Shown here piece by piece: positions 21,131-24,530 of a DNA stretch of 24,530 nt. A program made the position numbers and the translations under genes. The first letter of the stretch is position 1, and each line of letters starts with the position of its first letter. The notes beneath the pieces are model-generated. The model searched no databases, was not told the origin of the DNA, and saw only the letters and a list, made by a program, of their open reading frames with translations. The DNA is from Tubulanus polymorphus (Eukaryota > Animalia > Nemertea): the NCBI RefSeq assembly GCF_964204645.1, contig NC_134036.1, positions 7,480,363-7,504,892 of the forward strand, given 5' to 3'.

Positions 21131-21804
21131 AACTTTGCCCACATTTTATCCAAATCTTTCGCAGTGCTTATGTGAATGGCGGAACATAATGTATCTTGAA
21201 TTTTTGTAAACCACTGGTTAATTCCAAGTCTGGACGGCGACGTATTTGTAGTCAAAATTTTATCGATCGATTTTCCATAATGTACTGCTGCCATTCCATT
21301 TGAACTGAATTTAAATACTCGATGGTTAATCACTTCAGTCATAGCCTTTTCCAAATATATAGTGTTCCTGCGAAAATAATAATAATGATTATTATTTTAA
21401 CATGTACTTATCTGGATTTTTTATATTATGTTTATATATTATTTTCTGTATTCGTTTATTATTTTATAACCTAAAAGGATTGTATTGATTATAAAAATAA
21501 ATGTAAAAAATACCTGTATGTGTGTTTTCTCGTGTTCAGATCGCAGTCTCTGGTCAGCTGAGCCTGAGAAGTACCTATATGAAAAAGAAAAGGAAAGAAT
21601 AAAGTGCCTGCAATTAGGTGGAAACTATTCCGGCATTTCATTGATTCAAAAGGAATAACACTCACTAGAATCGGCCGAATTAGTTGATCCTGATCCAGAG
21701 GATTCCCGTAATATTTCCGTATCGATCTGAACCAATTCGTCACTATCAAAGAATAGATCGTCAAAATCGTCATCATTTATAATTTCGTTGACAACCGTTG
21801 CCAT
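21125..21804 (-). pseudogene. Truncated 5' end of transposon gene B, three coding exons (21804-21666, 21574-21514, 21367-~21125)
   Basis: ATG in an AAAATGGC context. Introns GTGAGT...ttttcatatAG (91 nt) and GTATTT...ttttcgcAG (146 nt) splice in frame: MATVVNEIINDDDFDDLFF...ADS|STSQAQLTRDCDLNTRKHTY|RNTIYLEKAMTEV...DLDKMWAKFH. Confidence 0.72.
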
Positions 21805-22791
21805 TTTAATACAGCGGAAAGAACCGATGTCACGATTGCTAAAACACTATATCCGTCTGAAGCGATGTAGAGAGAATCCCACAATGATAACGAAAAAGTC
21901 CAAAAATGTTAGTAGTTTATTCAACGTTTCGTCTATGTCCTAATAGTCATCTTCAGAAATAATGAATACTACAGAAATTATGAGAGATATATACAATCCA
22001 GAGACAAAGAGACTAATTCAAGTAATCAGAGATGATACTAACTAAAGGAAAATTAACGTAGAAACAGTTACACGCTAAAACAGATTAAAGAGAAGCAGTT
22101 AAGAGACAAACTAGGGGGCACTTAAATTTAAGACAATTGTGAATACAAGTTGATCGACTAAAATTGATGAGGGGAAATCAGGTGTTGAGTTTAACCAGTT
22201 TACAGAGGAATTTTTATATAAGTTTATTATGGGATGAAAAACCGATATTCGGAAACAACTGAATTATTACGGAGATTCCCGATCTCGCTGGTTATCGCTT
22301 ATTGGCGCGTTACGTAACAAAGCGCTCGCCGACGAACCGTTATCGGCTTTAGGGCAATTACAACGCACATTCGACAAGAGCTGCACAATAGCGTCCGTAT
22401 TCCATCTCATCACACTTCCCTGTTTTATCGGAGCTATCACTTTTAATCAGTTTTAATCCAAATCCAGCAGATGAACCCATTTTCAACCGAGCTCTTCTAT
22501 TAATTTCCTGCGCTAATGTATCTAAATTATATAATCCTCGTTTTAAAATTAGATGAAACCATTTATCTACATTTCTAATATGAATTAAAACAGTATTATC
22601 TTCAATAGTTTTATCCGATATATTGTAAAAAGAATTACATAAATTTATATTTACTAATTTTAAATCTACACAATTCTTGAATTCTCTATCTAATTGAACT
22701 AGTAAATTATGAGATTTATAATTTGTAAGTTTTCTAGAATCAACAAATATTCTGTATTCTTTTAATTCTACCATTTATTTTACGTATTTTC

Positions 22792-23145
22792 TTATTCGAA
22801 ATCTATTTCATGGTGCCCTTTTTCATTCTTACCTTTGTATACGAAATAGAAATCTCCAGAACATAATTCTTCTAAATCTTCACTTGATAATCTATGAAAT
22901 CTATCTGGTAAATATGTACTGAATTTATGTGTATTTCCTTTTAATCCTTCATATTCTAAGTGTATAACTAATTTATCTCCATAGTTATTAGTAACTGTAT
23001 CAATATTTGTAATTAGATATTTCTTATGAATAGTTAATTCTGTTAACTTCTTAAATTTATAATCTACTGATTTTACATTTGTAGTATCTTTTATTCTATC
23101 TAGAAATAATTTGTTGTTCTCACTGTGTGTTTGTTTACTCTCCAT
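22792..23145 (-). CDS. Small beta-rich protein, putative OB-fold ssDNA-binding protein
   Basis: FKKLTEL...YLIT.I..V...YG.KLVI.L...TYLPDRF...FVYKG pattern, located directly downstream of pPolB. The function is an inference. Confidence 0.55.
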   Translation of the reverse strand: MESKQTHSENNKLFLDRIKDTTNVKSVDYKFKKLTELTIHKKYLITNIDTVTNNYGDKLVIHLEYEGLKGNTHKFSTYLPDRFHRLSSEDLEELCSGDFYFVYKGKNEKGHHEIDFE

Positions 23146-23174
23146 TTATAATACATATTTTTATTAAAATTTGA

Positions 23175-24530
23175 TTAACACGTTAGAATTCTTTTCATTA
23201 TCTCGTTCTCTTTTGTTTCTTCTCTTTTAAATTTTAAGTATTCATCTAAATTGCAACCATAAGCAACTCTATGAATTCCATCATCTAAAATATATCTTTT
23301 ATCATCAAATGGGTTTAGACTTATCTTCTCTATTTCTTCAATAAACATTTCATGATCTTCAGATCTTAAACATCTCATCTTATGTTTTCTAACTTCTTCA
23401 TTGAATATACAATTGATGTAATCTTTGAAATGAATATTCTTTTCTACTACACTTTTGGTTATTCCTTTTAACTTTTTAGCTTCATGTTCTTTAGTTTTAT
23501 ATGAATACATTTTAGATCTAATACCGATGAATTCAATCATTTCTTCACCACCTAATTCATCTTTGAATTTACAGGGAACTTTTTTATTATCATTGCTAAA
23601 CAATTCATGATCTTAAGGATAATTACTAAAATCAAAATGATGTTTTAATGTTTTTAAATCATCAGTTATGTTATCAGTTTTTATCTTTAATATGTAAGAA
23701 TCGATATCAAAATATAAGATTTCTATATGTTTTTCTCCAAAAAGTGGTTGTAATACATTATAATAGAATTCATACATTAGTAATTTTGATAATTCTAAAA
23801 CTGAAGCGCCAACATAGATTGGTTTATTAAATTTCATAGAAGTTCTTCTCATCTTAACTGCGGCTAAATTTTCATCAAATATTCTGTTGCCAATGAACTT
23901 AGGATATGTTTATAAATGTCTAATTCTTTTACCATTACTAACTAACTCAATATCATTTCTATTTCTAATATTATCACAAGTCTTACCATAGAATACATTA
24001 TTCATTAACTTGAAGAAATCTTTCTCGAAATCAGTTTTAGCTTCAGTTCTCGGTTTGTTGTTAAAATCTATATATTTTTCTAACCATTTACATTGACTAA
24101 ATGAAATATATCTATGTACCTTTTTTAGGATCATTCCTTGATTCAAATAAAACTTTAACATTCTATGATGTACTACATAATCATATTTATCTTCTTGAGT
24201 TACCATTAACTTTTGTGTATGAATATGATTTTCGGGTTTAATTCTTTTTTGGTAATTTGATAATTCTTCATGAGTTACAGTTTTATGTTCGGGACAGTAA
24301 GCTAGATTTCTAGATTTAAATTTTTTATCTTCAGGATATTCTAAATCTACAACAAAGAAGTAACCAGTATCCGAATCATCTGCAATATCTAGGATTCTTT
24401 TCTTCCAATCAAATTTATCATTATTTTCACGTTGTAAAACTTCACTTATTTCAAATACTCCATAAGGTTGTGGTTCCATCATTGCCCAACCATACAAATT
24501 ATTTGCATCTATATATAATAACTTATATCC
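23175..24530 (-). pseudogene. polB: Protein-primed family B DNA polymerase, C-terminal (palm/fingers/thumb) part; 5' end outside the window
   Basis: YIDANNLYGWAM (motif A), KLMNNVFYGKT (B), YFDIDS (C, normally DTDS), KFKDE, RSKMYS, KLKGI, DDKRY. One frame with two in-frame stops (23910, 23613). Confidence 0.95.

Larger units (their letters stand above)
20202..22422. mobile_element. 2221-bp non-autonomous TIR DNA transposon (CA...TG ends, 7-bp TSD; P-superfamily-like signature)
   Basis: Perfect 33-bp TIR CAGGGAAGTGTGATGAGATGGAATACGGACGCT at 20202-20234 and 22390-22422. Flanks are TATTATC and TTTTATC. GC content is higher than in the surrounding Polinton. Confidence 0.95.
19789..22774 (-). pseudogene. 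Minor capsid protein (penton, single jelly-roll) split by a transposon insertion
   Basis: N-half 22774-22423 (LKLVNINLCNSFYNI...LKRGLYNLDTLAQEI). C-half 20201-19789 (KLLGI...FYIYCHLID...SSILNILPL...G.RINY...FKP...LEIRNHNGYLIDLNNFPV). Excising the insert plus one 7-bp TSD rejoins SDSSDK-IRIKLGNEDQ in frame. One further frameshift lies at the A-run near 20150. Confidence 0.85.
7542..24530. mobile_element. Polinton/Maverick (adintovirus-type endogenous virus), decaying, continues beyond the right edge
   Basis: Integrase, A32-like ATPase, major and minor capsid proteins and pPolB sit in a compact, intronless, very AT-rich gene array. The left boundary is inferred from 5'-AGTAAT abutting the truncated LINE. 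Confidence 0.95.

Noticed and set aside
21126-21210. Frameshifted continuation of gene A (HETLPTFYPNLSQCLC) resembling RAG1 W.PH...C..C
   Set aside because: It is more simply the antisense of gene B exon 3, which is open through this stretch. It cannot be supported without a full-length copy.
20202-22422. Bona fide ProtoRAG/Transib transposon
   Set aside because: TIRs start CAGGG rather than a CAC heptamer, the TSD is 7 bp not 5, and no RAG1 core or kelch repeats are visible.
9315-23830. Short ORFs antisense to Polinton genes (9315, 9636, 11693, 13668, 15873, 16263, 16339, 23648) and ORF 9976
   Set aside because: Shadow frames of AT-rich coding sequence with no motifs. ORF 9976 has a non-ATG start and no support.
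11396-24000. Stop-codon reassignment (TAA/TAG read-through) explaining the in-frame stops
   Set aside because: The stops replace different expected residues (K, Y, L), frameshifts and catalytic missense changes co-occur, and TAA is the normal terminator here.
7542-24530. Bacterial prophage or tectivirus
   Set aside because: The chromodomain-bearing retroviral integrase, absence of Shine-Dalgarno sites, and flanking LINE/Gypsy/PLE elements and spliceosomal introns indicate a eukaryotic Polinton.

Overview
Eukaryotic (most likely marine invertebrate) repeat-rich DNA, not prokaryotic. Positions 1-7540 are a nest of degraded mobile elements: MITE-like TIR elements, an L2/CR1-group LINE fragment, a Penelope-type GIY-YIG fragment between telomere-like (CCCTAA)n tracts, a minimal hammerhead ribozyme, a Gmr1-like Gypsy fragment, a remnant of a second Polinton and a LINE 3' fragment. 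From about 7542 to the window end lies a decaying Polinton/Maverick (adintovirus-type endogenous virus). It carries an HNH nuclease, a retroviral-type integrase with chromodomain, an A32-like packaging ATPase, a major capsid protein, several membrane proteins, a minor capsid protein (penton), a putative SSB and a protein-primed PolB that runs off the right edge. The penton is split by a 2221-bp TIR transposon (33-bp perfect TIRs, 7-bp TSD). That transposon holds the 5' parts of two convergent spliced genes, one starting with a RAG1-N-terminus/Chapaev-like Zn finger. The most notable signals are (i) related long hairpins at both putative Polinton ends with strand-specific G-T wobble asymmetry, (ii) a poxvirus-late-like TAAATG at 11 of about 15 viral gene starts, and (iii) the convergent two-gene transposon. 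All family assignments come from motif recognition by eye; no searches were run.
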